A stretch of DNA of 64,000 nucleotides from Raillietiella orientalis (taxonomy: Eukaryota). Below are positions 26,081 to 40,300 of the stretch, one piece after another; the stretch's first letter is position 1; every line of letters starts with the position of its first letter. Both the position numbers and the translations under genes were made by a program. The notes under the pieces were generated by a model that was not told where the DNA came from, made no database searches, and worked only from the letters and a program-made list of their open reading frames with translations. The stretch lies in contig JAYWIR010000015.1 in the NCBI GenBank assembly GCA_036172245.1, forward strand, positions 1,116,001-1,180,000, read 5' to 3'.

Positions 26081-29000
26081 TTTGCATGCAAAGTGTCTGC
26101 CGCTCATGTAGACGCGAAGCCTTGGAAATGCTAACAGCTCTGGAATTTAGATTTGCATTCGACTTCCATTCGCGGTTCCAGACTCACCTGGAATGTCATT
26201 TTTTTTTCTCCCCCCTTCGGCATTTAAAATGGATACACAGTCTTGATGTTCTTATCTTAGTTTCCCTGATTCAGTGAAAGGCGCACCGGATGCTGGTGCT
26301 CATCCCTTAGGAGAGCAATGAAGGACCGATTTCTGTTGCCTGCTTTTACCGTGAACCAGCCTGGGAAGAAGGAGGAGCATCGTTTCCTGTTTAACCATCA
26401 CCTTTTAATTTTTGTATTATGAGGGCACAACCATGAAGACCTCAATTCTCAAAGCTTCAGAGTGGGTTCTCGCATTCGCAAGATTTCACTATTCGATCTT
26501 TCTATCTTCGTTCACAGCAGCCCGTCAGAAACCACTTGTTCTCGGCGATTCCATTTTGGTCTGCAGAGGACATCCGTTTCTGCCCGTAGCTCCATACCTG
26601 TAGCCTACTTTCCAGCCGGATTGTGACAAGAGATGACATTTCGCCAGTGTTTGAAGTTTCACCTTGCACACCGTCTGAAAGAATCTTGGAAGACTTGAGG
26701 GATTTTTTTTTCCTTTTCGGAACCTTACAAAACTTTGGATCTTCTCAATGTAAGGGTTGTGAAATGTGAGGGAGCATCTGAGGGACACGGATCTCACCCC
26801 CTCGAGCGCAAGTGCGTGCGCTTCAGCTTGTTCGATGGGGGAACGTCTACAGAAATCCTCTGGAGAATATGAGGCCAACAGTTCTCCCCAGCGAGATGAA
26901 ACCTCTGCAACGACTCTTGAGTGTGCTTCTCAAACTTCTGCTCTCTTGGAACAACGAGTCGAGATTCTTCCCGGAGATTCTCACGGTTTGTTAGATACGA
27001 AAAAGACAAAGGCTACTCGAAATGAAGCCCCAGATGTTTCCTCCTGTCCACCACCCCCTTTTAGAAAGACAAAGAGCATCGTGGCATGCCAAAATAGTAA
27101 AGTCATAAATGGAAAACAAAAGCACTGGGAATGTTTATGCGAGGTTTATGCGAGCATTGGACACTGAAAACCTTACGAGAGTGGCTTCTTTAATCTGGAT
27201 TTAATCTGATACTTTAGACCTCCATTCTGGATCGAATGGGGTCGAGTTGGAGGTAGTGGTCGTTCTTCATTAATCGGATGGATTAGGGGTGATCTTCCCT
27301 GCCTTCTTCGTTTTCGGCTTTAGTAAGGCTCGTTTCCTCCTTTCGTGAGGGAGAACTCTCTTCTACGGTCCCATTTCATTAGGCTGAAGACATTTGCATT
27401 GAAGAAACCCGCGTGCTTGATGTGCCAGTGAATGCGATGCGGAGTGAGCAAATGTTGAACGCACACAACGCTGGTCTAACCAGCTGATCGCAGCCCCGAT
27501 TTCCCACCACATAAATATTGGTGCATTCGAGGGAGAGGCTGGTCGTCCTTAAATTTCTACTGTCGCCTAGCTCTTCTGTGAACGAAAGAGGCTCTGCACG
27601 TTCTCCTTCGTGCAGGCATCGACGGCAACTCTTGTCAGAGGGGACAGAGCCCCTCGTGACCTGCTAAGCAAGTCGCCTCTCCATGAAAAATGTTAGAATA
27701 GTTCTTTTTTTTCTCCTGTTAAATTAGGGGGGAAAAGTGGAGGGTGGCTGGGAATTTCAGGTGCTCTCAAGTCTCAGTCAGGCTCTTGCGATAGTTCCGC
27801 AAAGACATTTCTGCCTTTTGGTGGCATTTCTTCCGTGCGCCCTCAGGGATTCTCCAAGAAAATCAAAGCTTTGCTATGACATTCTTGTCCATGCTGATGC
27901 TTGCAGTGTGTCACCCAGTCAAGCGTGAAAAGTTCAGGCACAATCAGGAGGAAACTTTCGTGAGCTTCAGGCAAGGACCATTGCTGAGAAGACAAACTTC
28001 ATGCTTCCCGAGTGTGACAGATGGGGAAACAGAGCTGCAGTCATTCGCCTGAGACGAACTGTTAGTGGGGAACGATTCCTTCTGGTAACGCGTCCTCATT
28101 ATTCCCTGAAGCAATGAGAGTGACAGAACAAGTGGCGTCTCCTGGAACACCACTCTGAACTCGTCTCAAAACTGCCGAAACGGCGGTCGCTTCCTTGAAT
28201 CTCTGCCACTCTTCCCGTACAGGCGCTGAGAGAAACAAGCGTCTCCTCCTCCGTCGGTGACCTCTGTGGATGCTCCTGCAGTTTCGCATCCCCGAAATTT
28301 TCCTATTCGTTCCTGCTACCTTAGCTTCCATTTGACTTGGGATTTGGGATTGCTGCTTGCAGGAGCGAAAGTCTCCCTCTTCATTGTCCGGAGCCCTCAT
28401 TGTCTCACGGCTTCCGCCCATGAGAAGTCATGCGCAGATTGTTTCTTCCTCCGCTGGAGAAAGAGCATTCGAGGAATGGGAAGATGCGAGAAGACAGACT
28501 CCACTTAAGACGAAGGGTACGAGTGTTTCCCTCGGCAATAGTGATACGGAGGCGGAGGTGTGACGGCGAGTTCTCCTGGCCTTTCCACTTGGTTTCCCGT
28601 GCTTCTTTCGGATCTGAAATTCGCGATTAGAAGCGCTGCACCCTCAGCTTCCGCAGCCATCACGTCAGAGTCGTGTAACAAAGTGGACAAAGACGGATGA
28701 AAGGAAGCGCAGCTGTCGGTCCCCAAAGCGATCTCCGTTCCGCTCAGTAGACATTCAGTGACCTTCCAGGCGCACTGTTTACGCTGCGTCAGGATCGCAT
28801 GGAGGATGAACTTGCAGGATTGCCTCGTGGAGCTGTCCGAGAGCTCACCAAGATCACCTTTCTCCAAGAGCTGGTGAACCGCTCCTTGGCGCAGTCGGAG
28901 TAGGAAAGGGCACGTGGAGGTCTCATATGTTTCGGCTCTCCCTCTATGAATAACCGTGGGGGTGAGAGCAAGAGAAGATCGAAGCAACTCCGAAATCGAA

Positions 29001-32000
29001 CGTCACGGAAATGAAAAAGAGGAGTGTGCACGCACACACACTCACGCTGTAGAGAGAGGAGCGTCTGAACACGTGGCGTTCCGCAAGAGCTCTCTACGCT
29101 TGCAGTGTTCGCGCACTCTTTGGGTGGTGTCTTTGTGGTCGGATGCATCTCCTCATCGGCGGTGTGTGCGCTCCCATGAGATGGACTGGGCTGGACTGGC
29201 TGGGCTGGGCTGCCACCAAACGGCTCCAGGGCACTCGATCTTTGCGCAGCCGTACCCATCAAGAAGCCCCGAACTCAACTGCTTCGATTTTGCCCAAGAG
29301 CGGACAAGCGTCTCCCTTGCACCGGGCTGAACGTGGAGTTCTTGCTCTTCTCAAGAAAAGAGCAAGATGCTGATTAGAACGACGGTGATGAGCAGCAGGT
29401 GAGCTCGGATGCCCGCTGTCGATCTCTCTCGTGGGCGAGCGATCCGGTGATCTGATGATGACGGTCCCTTTCGAGATTCATTCACTCTCTGGGCGGAAGG
29501 CTCCGCGTGTCGGATTCTCATCCGGAACATGAAGATGGTGGATGATGAGGAGAAAGAAATCGACGAACACAATCAACCCTATCCCACATCAAAGAAGACG
29601 AGATTAGGAAACCAGTGTCCTAGATACGGTGACTACGAGGACGAGTGCCGGTTGAATAAAGGAAAAGAAAAGCTGAAAGATTCCAAAAAAGGAAGCTTTT
29701 TTTTGAAAAGAGAACAGTGCTGTCGGGGGTTTGCAGGTCAAGCTCTCGTAAAACCATGCTTGCGTGCTTTCAAGAAAAGATCATCAAGAAAACAAGACAA
29801 GGGGTATAATAATGATATAGCAGAGAGTAGTAGCAGTAAGAATATAGTATAGTAATAGCAAGAGATAATCTTGTAATCTTTGCTTTGATTGCCGCTGTTA
29901 GAGAACGTGGATTCCCACGTAGCAGTGAGCACTTAATTAACGACTGACGGCGCCAGAGATTGCAAAAGATAACGTGATAAACAAAGCATCCAGCTCCCAT
30001 TTGATTCACAAAAAGATTACGCAATCCAAGAGAAATCATTTCTCCGTGTTCATTTTCTTTTGATTTCCTCCGGCTTCGCGAGAATTAAGAATTCGTCATC
30101 GGGAAAAAATTTCGTCGGTAACGCCCGCAAGAATTCATTAGTGGCCATAAGCCGAGGTGACCACTCATTGCCAAAGAGTAAATGAACCAGCTGGTGCAAT
30201 ATTCCTTGAGAAATATGGAAACATCTCGAAACTTGAACACACGATTTGCATTTTTCTGCGGAGCCATCTCCTTGCTCAACGACGATAGAGAAATTCCGTT
30301 GCAATAGCAACTGGAAATCGCTAGGCATGCAGTTCACCACTCGTAAATAAGAATTCAGAAAGCATCACTCGAGCGGCCGAGAGGGAAGTGATAAGAGAAA
30401 TCAACTATGAAATTTTTTGGTGCACACTTCTCTGGATGCAGCAGCCTTGCCGTGACACCAATCCCCCCCCACCTACGTTTCCAACCGGAAACTTCCTTGG
30501 AAACAGTTCGAAAAACGCCTTCCAGAGAATTTCGGATTGGTCTTTAACTTTCGCTGAGATTCGGCCTCTCTTTCTGTCTGCAAGCCGCTTTCGGAAGGCA
30601 GCCGTTTCCATGGAAACCGTGAGCCTTAGACGGACAAGTCTTTCATCGAGCCAACGTTTCGGATTTTAAAAGCTCCCATACTGTGTGACGGTTCCTCTGC
30701 ATCGCTTCTCCGAAATGTAAGCAGTCGGAAGTGAAGGGATAGAACCTCGCACTCGATGATGAATCGCTAACCACTGCAGCATCATTGGTGCACAGTTCCG
30801 AAATTCGGAATGTCATCCCGATATCCATCATCACCGCGTATTTGAGGACTGTACGTAAACTGACGCTGATAGCAAATAACGGAGGATAATACGGCTGTGC
30901 ATCTTGAGCTCAGGAAATGCATAATACATTATTTGTGCAATGCATTCGCTCAGCTGCCACACTGCGGCATCAAATACTGTGCGTACTCATGTGGATTCAC
31001 ACTGAATTTCGTGATGAATTAATGCCTCAGTTTTTTCATCTTCAGCGTTTCCCCCATGGTCTGCAGCACTTGTACATCGCGCTGGATGTACCGTAATGAA
31101 AACTCAATGGGCGTCTGCCCTTTCCCCCACGAGACTCTGAGCGCCTGACGCGGGATCCACTTCTTCTCGTCCACCAGTGGATTTCTCGCCGCCAGTCTCT
31201 GGGCTTTCGATGCGCTCTCCCAGAGCGGACGCAGAGGATTCACGAACACGCATCACTGCCAGGCAGAGAGCGCCCTTCATCAGCCTCCCCGGATGGACGT
31301 CCTCCTGCACACCGTCTTTCTAACTGGGCGTCTCTGCCGAGTAAAGAAAGGAACGGAAGATGGCGCCTCCTCCTCTTAGGGTCGTGTGTGTCTTGAGCTC
31401 CTCAGAGTGTCTGTGCGCTTTGTCCCGACTTCTACGCAAAGTGGGGGCGAAGGGCCTTGGACCAAGGATCGAACTAGGAGAATTGCCCCCGCTTTCGTGC
31501 AAAGACCTGCGAAGAAATGCCCACTCGTGCACTTCGGAGAAGACCTTGAGCTGTGTGACCATTCCTCATCACGCATCAGTTGTTCGGATACGAGCAAACG
31601 AGAAAACCTAATGAAACGTCACCCGATAAAAAAGAGCCTGGAAAACGCCCGAGGAAATAAAAGGAGAAGGGAGGGGGGGAGGGGAAGTAAATCACTTGCT
31701 CCAGAGGGAGAGAATGATTTAGTGGCGCAGGAGGAAGGAACTAGGAGCTGCAAGCATTGAATTGAGTTGAGATGATGATGTGAAGCAGGAAATTCTGGAT
31801 TCAGATGGGAATCTTCCGCCGTTCCGCCGGATTCTGGACGCAGTCCGAGCTTTCGGAGAGGTCCGCTCTTCTGCTTGAGCGACCTTACAGCTCTCGGGGC
31901 CGCCTCCATCCGGAAGGGTCGGTGAACCGGTCTCAAGTGCGATCTTTGAAAGTGGTGAAATCAGCTCGAGTCTTTGTCGCTCCTGGGAACACCGCTGCTG

Positions 32001-32149
32001 TTCGTTGCTTCTCCTCAAGTGGAAGAGTGACACACCTCAAAGCTGTCTGGTGCTCCAGGGTTGCCACCGTTTCTCAATAACAAAGACTGGATGCTTCCTG
32101 TTTTTGTTTTTATCTTTTATTTTCGACCACCGGAAACCACTTTCTCGAA

Positions 32150-33030
32150 TCAGAGAGTAGAGGATGATGAAAGTCCTTCTGAGCTCTTTTGTTTTCACTT
32201 ATTTCCCTTCCAGCTTTTTCCTTCTTTTAGGGGGGCTTCGCCAAATGCTGAAGAACCGTTCGCCTGCTTAGGGGCGGCTCACGAAACTCTTTGACGATGT
32301 CCATGCCACCCGAGGTGCGCGTCAACTCTGCAAGTTTTCGGGGTGCTCCGGCAGGGGACCACCCTATGAATCCAGGAAGGGCTTCGGAGTCCGTTTCTCT
32401 CATGCTTGGTAGGAAATTCCGGAAGGAACCCTCTTCCTTATTCTCTCCGGAGGAACCCCCCAGAAACTCAGAAACTCCTCGTTTCTTCTCCGAAGGGAAT
32501 CAGGAAAGGATCCCCTCCTGGAATTTCTTCTCGGGAGGGAACACGCGAGGGAACCTCTCCTGTTTACTCCTCCTCTGAAGAGAACTCTAAAGGGACTCTA
32601 CCCAATTTTCTTCGGTGGGCACTTCCCAAAGGGAGCAGCTCACTCCCTCACACTCTAGAGAGGTGCCTTCAATCCACCAGCTCCATGGTACGAGATGGCG
32701 CAGGGAATCAAGGGGTCGATTCCTTCCTGAGAAGGAGGACGGCTTCATCTGCACAACCGGAGGGGAACCCCGAAGGGAACCGCGACCCCTTGATTCTTGG
32801 AAGAACCCCGGAGGGTCAGCTCCCGAATCCCGGCCATTCGTAGGGGACTTCCGGTTTCCGACTTCCGCCAGTATCGCACCCGAACAGGAAAGACATCCCC
32901 ATCCTCCGACGGTATGGTTCGAAACCTACGGCGCACCCATTCCTCGGCGTCGATCCTTCCCCGGGAGGGATTTGAACCGGCGGTGCTTGGCACCGCGCTC
33001 AGAGACCGCAATCCACACGGCTACTCACGC
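32150..33030 (+). mobile_element. tRNA-headed / LINE-UTR composite repeat, copy D (head on minus strand)
   Basis: Minus strand gcgtgagtagccgtgtgg (A-box-like)...ggttcaaatccc (32967-32978); body colinear with copies A-C. Confidence 0.8.
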
Positions 33031-33479
33031 TGCTGCCGCCGGGTTTCCAGGAAACCAACTGCCACCCGGAAGCGAGCACCAACAGTCCTCCCGAAGAGGT
33101 TCCGCTTCCTGAGATCATCGGCGGCTGCAGGGTCACTCCGCATCAGCTGGAGTGTCTCACTTGATGAACCCCTCGTGCAGAAAACACCCCAAGGCAAAAC
33201 GTGCCGACTAAGTGAACTTGCATCTTCAGCACCAAGCTGTGCCCCCGCATCCGATGGTGGCACTCGTGATGAGCCGTGGCATTCCGGAAGGAACGTTCCT
33301 CCCCTCGTTATCTATCGCTGAAAGCACCAGTTGACTCACGGAAGGCTAAAAGCCTTTAGCGTGCTCGCGAGAAGAATCAGTCAAAGAGCAGACTGGGTGC
33401 TCGCTTCACGAGGATGCTGCGCACGTGCGTTCCAGCGCACATCTTCCATACTCCTTGAAGTATTTTTCTCCCGATGATC

Positions 33480-33837
33480 CGCGTGCATTCCCGCACGTCC
33501 CTTCTACCAGCTGTTTCGCGGGTGCACCTTCAGTCTCTGGGAACGCTTTGCTGCGACCTGGAGGCAACCCCAGGGACGCCGTGCGACTCCTCTTTGTGCG
33601 GGACGCCCTGCAGCCAGCCGCAGCCCTAGAGTCACTTTGTCGCTTCCGTGGGATCGTGGCGGCGTGGAACGACGCCAGCAGAGGGGAGGAACGACAGGGA
33701 CTTCATCCTGTTCGCAGTTCACTTTCTGCAGATGGCTCCACCTAGGCAATATACGGAACGACCTAGCCCGCATCCCGGAAAGGATGCAGAGGAGTCCCTC
33801 CAGCGGACTGTGATCCCTTCCCGCCCTCCAGAGTTCT

Positions 33838-33868
<31 letters not shown>

Positions 33869-33915
33869 TCTGTTATTTTTTTTTCGTCCCCCTGCGCTGC
33901 TGAGGTGAGCCTAGC
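33480..33915 (+). mobile_element. L1/Tx1-like LINE ORF2 C-terminal fragment plus start of 3'UTR
   Basis: GNPRDAVRLLFVRDAL..AALESLCRFRGIVAAW, homologous to 45680-45790, then tgatcccttcc and a T-rich tract. Confidence 0.75.
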
Positions 33916-33949
33916 AGTTCTGCGCACAGTCGACCAGGCGGTCAACTGT

Positions 33950-34330
33950 AGGATCAGCCGTGGTAGGACAACATGCCTCACCACGGCAGTCGTATGCTTA
34001 TTGATCTCCGATCTCTCAGCAACTTCAGGATGAAGTTGCTGGGGTGCGTCATTGAACACCCTTCGGAGGAAAGCTCCTGAGCTGCGAGCCCGCAGAGAGA
34101 GTGGCAGGGTCCCCTTGCAAACGGGAAGAACGCCTCTTGGGGAGCAGAAGACCTCCGTCTGCGACGGCCCGCTTGCAGCCAAGGACCAGGTCACTACCGG
34201 GTCTTGAAGACGGTTTCGGACTGTTGCGAAGCACAGAGGAACTCGGAATTGCTTCCAAATATGGAAAGAACAACGACCATCGGCCACGCCATCTAAGAAC
34301 TTCCGTCTGATCCCAGTTTCTGGGAGCGAG
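33950..34330 (-). mobile_element. Non-LTR reverse transcriptase remnant
   Basis: KQFRVPLCF...TEVFCSPRGV, then in the adjacent frame LQGDPATLS, resembling the RT RGV.QGDPLSP motif. Confidence 0.45.
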
Positions 34331-37300
34331 ACGAAGTACCAGAACTGAAGGCATGCCGTAGTTTACCCAGGACCACTCACGGAAAGGCGTCTAAAAAAAA
34401 AAGAGAAATTCAGCTGCAAGGCAGAAACGACATCTTCCTTTTCGAATACGAGACTAGTGCCATTTTTCACCTCTTCCACCTCCTTATCCCGGATGACCCA
34501 GAGGATAGCTCTGTAGACCTTTCTAAGTTACGAGCTCGCGCGAGGAACAGACTCTTCCAGCATCCTGCCATCCGCAGACTTCCTTGGACGCCATCATTCC
34601 ACAGTGGTTTGTATTCATCGCAGGGAAGCTTTGCTTCTTCTACCCAGCACCCACAGTCAGCTACCCGCTGTGCTAACTTTTGCAGTCCACCGTTGCTTCC
34701 AGGGGAACCAAACCTGAAGAGTACTACGCTCCAGCGACTGATCTTATTTCGAGATTGCTTTGGAACTTAAAGGTGTCTGGAGTAACGATTGCAACTTGGA
34801 AGAAAACGAAGAAGAAGCAAACCTTGGAAGATTCTCAAGGGAGCACACTCTCATTCGTATTTTGCAACGTTTTTACGTTCTTAAAGGGGATTTTTCTAAA
34901 GGTCACATGTGAGTGAATGCTCCTGGAGTGGGAAACCAATGTCTTTTGTTTAATTAAATTTTTGAAACTAAAGGAAAAGAAGAAGAAGAAGCGAAAAGGT
35001 TAAATCCATATCTTCGCGAAGGCGGGTACGAAAGCCACAGCGACGGGACTGGGTTCTTCTAGACGGAAACCAATGGAATTCTGGCAAAGCACGAGTCGGA
35101 AAAACAAGCAATGTGAAATTTTTTGCTGTGAGCGGAAATCATCACTGTACGGTTTTCAGCATTTTTCAAGCAAACGCTTCTCAATCAAAGTCGGTCAGCA
35201 ATGTCGGAAGGCGCGCCTCATTATTATTAGATTGCTGCAGTGGAATGAAAGAGGTAGCTGCTGACTAGAGGAAAATCCATACCGCTTTCGGAGATGAAAG
35301 CACCTAGGAGGAGGTTACTGTTCTCCTTCCGTTACCCTGGTTGCAGGCACAAAACGACAGTGCAGCACGACTGCCATCTGACGAAATGCTCCAGCCGTCC
35401 AGACACGCTTTGCCACATCGCTCGATACTAGGCGTATATACTACTACATCTAGAGGGAAGAACTCCTAATTTCGAAGTATTGCCATGCCGTGAACGATGG
35501 CGCTGCGAGTCACATTCCGACGGCTGCTTTCCATGGATGACCCGGTCATCTGGTAGAAAAGATCTTGTCTTGATAAATCCTCTTGGCAATTCAAATGGGA
35601 CTCATCCAGAAGCAGATTCAAAACGCATCTCTTGATTCAAAGAGAGATGAAAGCTGCTCGCTCTAATAACAGTAGTTCATTCCGAACTGCAGCTTTTGGA
35701 GTGGAAAAAACGTGGATAAATTTTAGCGATTGCTAGAGAAAACAAACCCTCGGCCTGCAGGTCAGTTGCGAGCTCTAGAAAATGGAATTCTCTGCCTGAT
35801 TCTAAAAGCACAAGGGGAAGAAAAGAAAGAAAGAAAAAACACGGCAGGTTTTAATAATGGCATTTTCACAAGGGCGGATTCTGAGTTTCTTTTCCTGTGA
35901 TCCGCAGAGACGCAGCCAATTTCGAAAGTGACACCGAAATCACGAACCGCCACGCGATGGATCCGCGTATTCGTTAAGGGGTGCCAAGACTACACCTGAG
36001 CTTGCACCTTTGGAGAGCCTTTGGAGAGTCATTTTCCCTCCTGTAGAACATGTGCAAGTAGAAACGCATGCTGAAAACCACGAAGCTTCCGTTACGGTGA
36101 CCACGGCAATCTCAATAGTAATAGTAATGCGGAAAGAAATTCCGCTTCGGCTTCAGAGAACCATCTCCTCGGATCTGAGCCTTGCATTCCGGTAGAATGA
36201 GGCAGAGACCAGCAGTGTATCGATGTGTTCGCGAGAGGACAAATGCGTGCCAGCGCGCTTGAGCGTGCGTCTAACCTAAACGAGACTTCCGTTTTGCCTC
36301 ATCTCCGTGTCACACCGACGCGTTCTGGGTCGTATGGCGGGAACTCATCTGCCTTCTGAAATCCGGCAGTCAACAGGATCTTTCAGTCTAAACAAAAATC
36401 ATGTGGCGCCTATGCATAAGCAAAGTTCAGGTCTCGACGGACGAAGAGCAACACTTCTTGATCTCTGAGCTCGCGTTGCAAGACAAGAAGCAGCAACACG
36501 AAGGGATGCGTCGAGGCTGTCAAAGGCAGTCACGTTCAGACGTCAATCGGAGGAGCACCTCTACCGAATTCTGCTGCTGTTGCACCCATTCACGGTCGCA
36601 TGAAGGAGCCATGGCTACCGATGCGCAGCAAGCAGATAGAAAGTTCGTCCGTGTGCTGACTTCTCCTCCCTTTCCCCCCTTGAAGTGAAAACCGACGCGA
36701 AGCTGCTACATAGCAGCAGATCAGATGCCACCGCAAGCCACCGAATGTGAAACTTGACCCCACAGTTCGACAGAAACGAGGACTCCGAGGTGAATCCTAC
36801 GCACGTACGGACGAATTCGTTTCTGCCGTTACCAGGCGACGGCAAGCAAATCGCTCAGAACGGCGCGGACCCTGGGAACTTCCAGGTTTCCCATCCGAGA
36901 CGTGGAATTTTCTGGAATCGATACGACCTTGGCTCCAAGAACAGGTTTCAAGAAGCCACTCGCGAGTGACGGCGTGCAGACTGATCGAAAATGGGGAATG
37001 ACCTCACGAAGTGCAATGAGGTCATTCCGTTGCAACATCACAAAGGGCTCACAAACACGAGCAGTACACTTGCAAACGCAGAAAGCGGGTGACCAGAAAC
37101 GATCAGAAACACTGCTCGCATCCTGGATTTGACCCTGGATTCCTGCATTCGACTCCCGGTCAACACTCTTGAGGAAGCTCAGATTTTCCTGCCGTTCCTA
37201 GAGCCCTCCTTGCTGGTTTTCGGGACGTGCATCTGCTTCCGTGCGGGGAATGCTGCAATGCTGGTCACCTGGTGCCGGGCACGAATTATCCAGAACTCTC

Positions 37301-40300
37301 TACCCCCCCCCCCCCTTCTCGGTGGTGAAACAGACATTAAAAGCGCCACTTGCGGATGAAGATTTGAAAGCACTCGTGTCTGGGGTGATGGACAGAAACT
37401 AACAGTTCCAACAGGCGACTCAGGAGCACCTAGACAGCGGGAAGGCAAGCGGGTGACCTTGGATGCCTATTTTTTTTTTTACATTGTAGGATGGAATATT
37501 TGAACTGGAATGGATTAGGATGTTTCAGTTGCTCTCCTGCGATCTTAGATCAAGGAGGAGAAAGAGAAGACAGGAGCCATACACAAATACGAATTTCTCA
37601 AATTCGTTCTCCATCATAGGAGCCATAGGCAACTCTTAAGACAAATATAGACTAGGGATGCTGGTGGCTTCCAGCCGACGATGGATTTAATCTTTGGTGA
37701 ATTTTACAAAAACGCCACATCTTTCAGCTAACTTGGGACCACCGGTGGACTGGTGACAGAACGAACTGAAGATCACTATTGGAGATGCAAATTTCGATGG
37801 AGATGTATGAGAAGGAAAATGACCGCATCCTGCAGCATTAGTCAACGCAAGGAAGCGCAGCCCCCTCTTGAAACAAGGACTCCGGAACAATACAACGTGC
37901 CAGGACATTTGCTGTTAGGTAGAGGTCATTTTAGCTTTGTGGATCACAGAAGCATCGACGAGGCGTGGCTCAGCACGCTGCAAGTGCAGGAATCTCTCAT
38001 CTTCAGAGAGGGAGCAGATTGCAGATGTAGGGGGTTCATGGCGAGAATTCACATCCTCAACGTCTGGCTGACGTGGTTCACCTTCATATGTGCTTTTCAA
38101 TTCAAGATTTCGCTTTTAGAAGACTTCGGTTACTCCATGGCATCAGATTCGAAGTGAATCTTCAGAAGTTTCTTGTTGCATGTCCCAGAAATTTTAGTTA
38201 TTCCTTTCCGACCTCATGGATCCGCAAAAAGCCTCGAGAGGTCTTTCTCAAGTGCAGCGGAATTTCCTCCGCTGGAAGTCCATGCTCAGCTCTCCTCAGC
38301 GGTCCACTCAGCGAATGCCCAGCTGTAGCTTGCAGAGTGAACGAGACTTCTTCCGACATCATTTTCTTGGAACGGCCTTAATGCGTTCCACAAAATGAAA
38401 CCGCAGCTGTGGATGGAGTTCCTTTCAACAGAGGGAAAAGGGGATTTCCGGTACACGAGGCACAATTTGTGCGATAGTCGCCATGATCCCTTTAGGATTC
38501 ATGGTGTGAGTCCACCACATATTTTCCGTGGGATGGGCCAAGCCACCATGATTACTGCTACCCCTACAGGCATCCAAATCTTTAGATGATTGGGCACTCT
38601 AAGTGGATCAACAATTTCTCTCAACATTCCTCTATTCTGAATATTGGGATTCATTTTCTCATCCACAATTGGAGGACTCATAGGACTCATCAAAATTAAA
38701 GCAATTGCCGCCCTAATTAATCTTTCGAGCCTCACTTCATGGTGCGGCATTTCCCCTGTGTCCTAACCACAGCATCGCTGCTGTGGATATGGACTTCTCT
38801 TCCTTCGCAGGATGTGGAGAAAGAAAAGTCATGTCTTGTGAAGTTCAGCATCACCGTTATTCGATAGCGATTTCCTTTCTTTGCCTCCTCCCAAGTCTTT
38901 ATGCATCTTTTCTGGCTTCCTATTCTCCTCCATCGATGGGATGCCAGTTCGATCTGCGATGCGATGAATCATCAGTGGGAGCAGCACCGGTGCACGGGAT
39001 GTGAGGTTTGGCTCTTTTGTGCCTGATATTGCTGTCGGTATACACCACCACGAAGGATGTGCCTAGTGGTTGCAGCAGTGCTCCACATCTTTCATCCAAA
39101 TGCAGAATCCACAAAGGCATTTTTCCCTGAAGGAATCCACCATGAGGATGTAGCAAGGATTCGAGGCTTTGCGAACAGCGGGAGAATGAAATGAAGATTA
39201 CTTGAATTCGTGGACTGCGGCTTCTCCCTGTTTGGACAATTGTGAATGCTACACAACACAGAAAATCCCTCTTGAGGGCATCAGGGGGAGCAGCTCGAGT
39301 TCCTTGGAGCGTTTTCGAGAAGTCTTTTCTGGTGCCCTTTTAGTCTTTTCCTTCTATGCTCCTTGATCAAGGAGGCTGAGCAGAAGCATCGAAAGCTAGT
39401 GGTTTCCAAGGAGGCGTCTCAGCAGTGGACTCAGAGCATCGACTGGACCTGGTGGTTCACGGAGAAGGGAAAGTCAGCATACCAGAAGCTGCCGTTCCCG
39501 CTTCGAGAACTCAGTGTAGTCAGCGAGAGGAAAGAAAGCGTCGAGGATTGGCTCTTCACTTCCCCTCCGATGGAGTGCATGTGCCAGTGGGAACGATCAC
39601 CAAGGATCCTCGGCATCACGGAGCCCGCGAAACGGCTCAGTGACTGGGGAACCGAAGAAGAAGGAGCACTTCAGCAAGAAATTCATGTTCTCGATCATCC
39701 TGAAAAGGCTGCTCGGATCCAAAGAATAAGTCCTCCAGAACATTCTCGAAACCCTGCGTAAGGGTCTCTCCATCTTCCACACTGGACACTTCCTGTATAT
39801 CCGGGACACTCCATCTCTGACGAAAGATGCTTTCATAGGCAGGGATACATTTGAGCCTCTTCGCGTAGGTGGCTCAGATCTTGAGCGTTCTCCCTTAAGC
39901 AGAAAATGTCCTCGTGCATTATTTGTCGGAACCCAAGGTAACTTTCCGCCGTGTGAACACGAACTTCGTTTTTTCATCCTCGAGAGACTTGTTCAAATTT
40001 CAGATTCGATTCTTCAGACCTTGCTTTTAAGCTCGCTCTTTTCACTCAGCATGGCGACGGTTTTGTGAGAGAGTACCGGCAGGATATTCTGATCTTCAGT
40101 GGCAGTTTGGATTTCCACACAGCCGCACCCATTCCCGACTGCGGCGGAGCTCTCACTTCGACCATCTGGGAGACGGGAAATTGACTTCCTGCTTATGTTC
40201 TTCACAGATCTTCAACGAGACTGATGTCCACTGTTGGACCCATCGTACTGTTTCATCCTTCCTCAATTGTTCGAGCTGGAAATGACCTCAACGTTGCCTC

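Noticed and set aside
29095..29175. AVFAHSLGGVFV, a lipase-type nucleophile motif
   Set aside because: Short stop-bounded frame with no supporting exon or other motif; compatible with chance.
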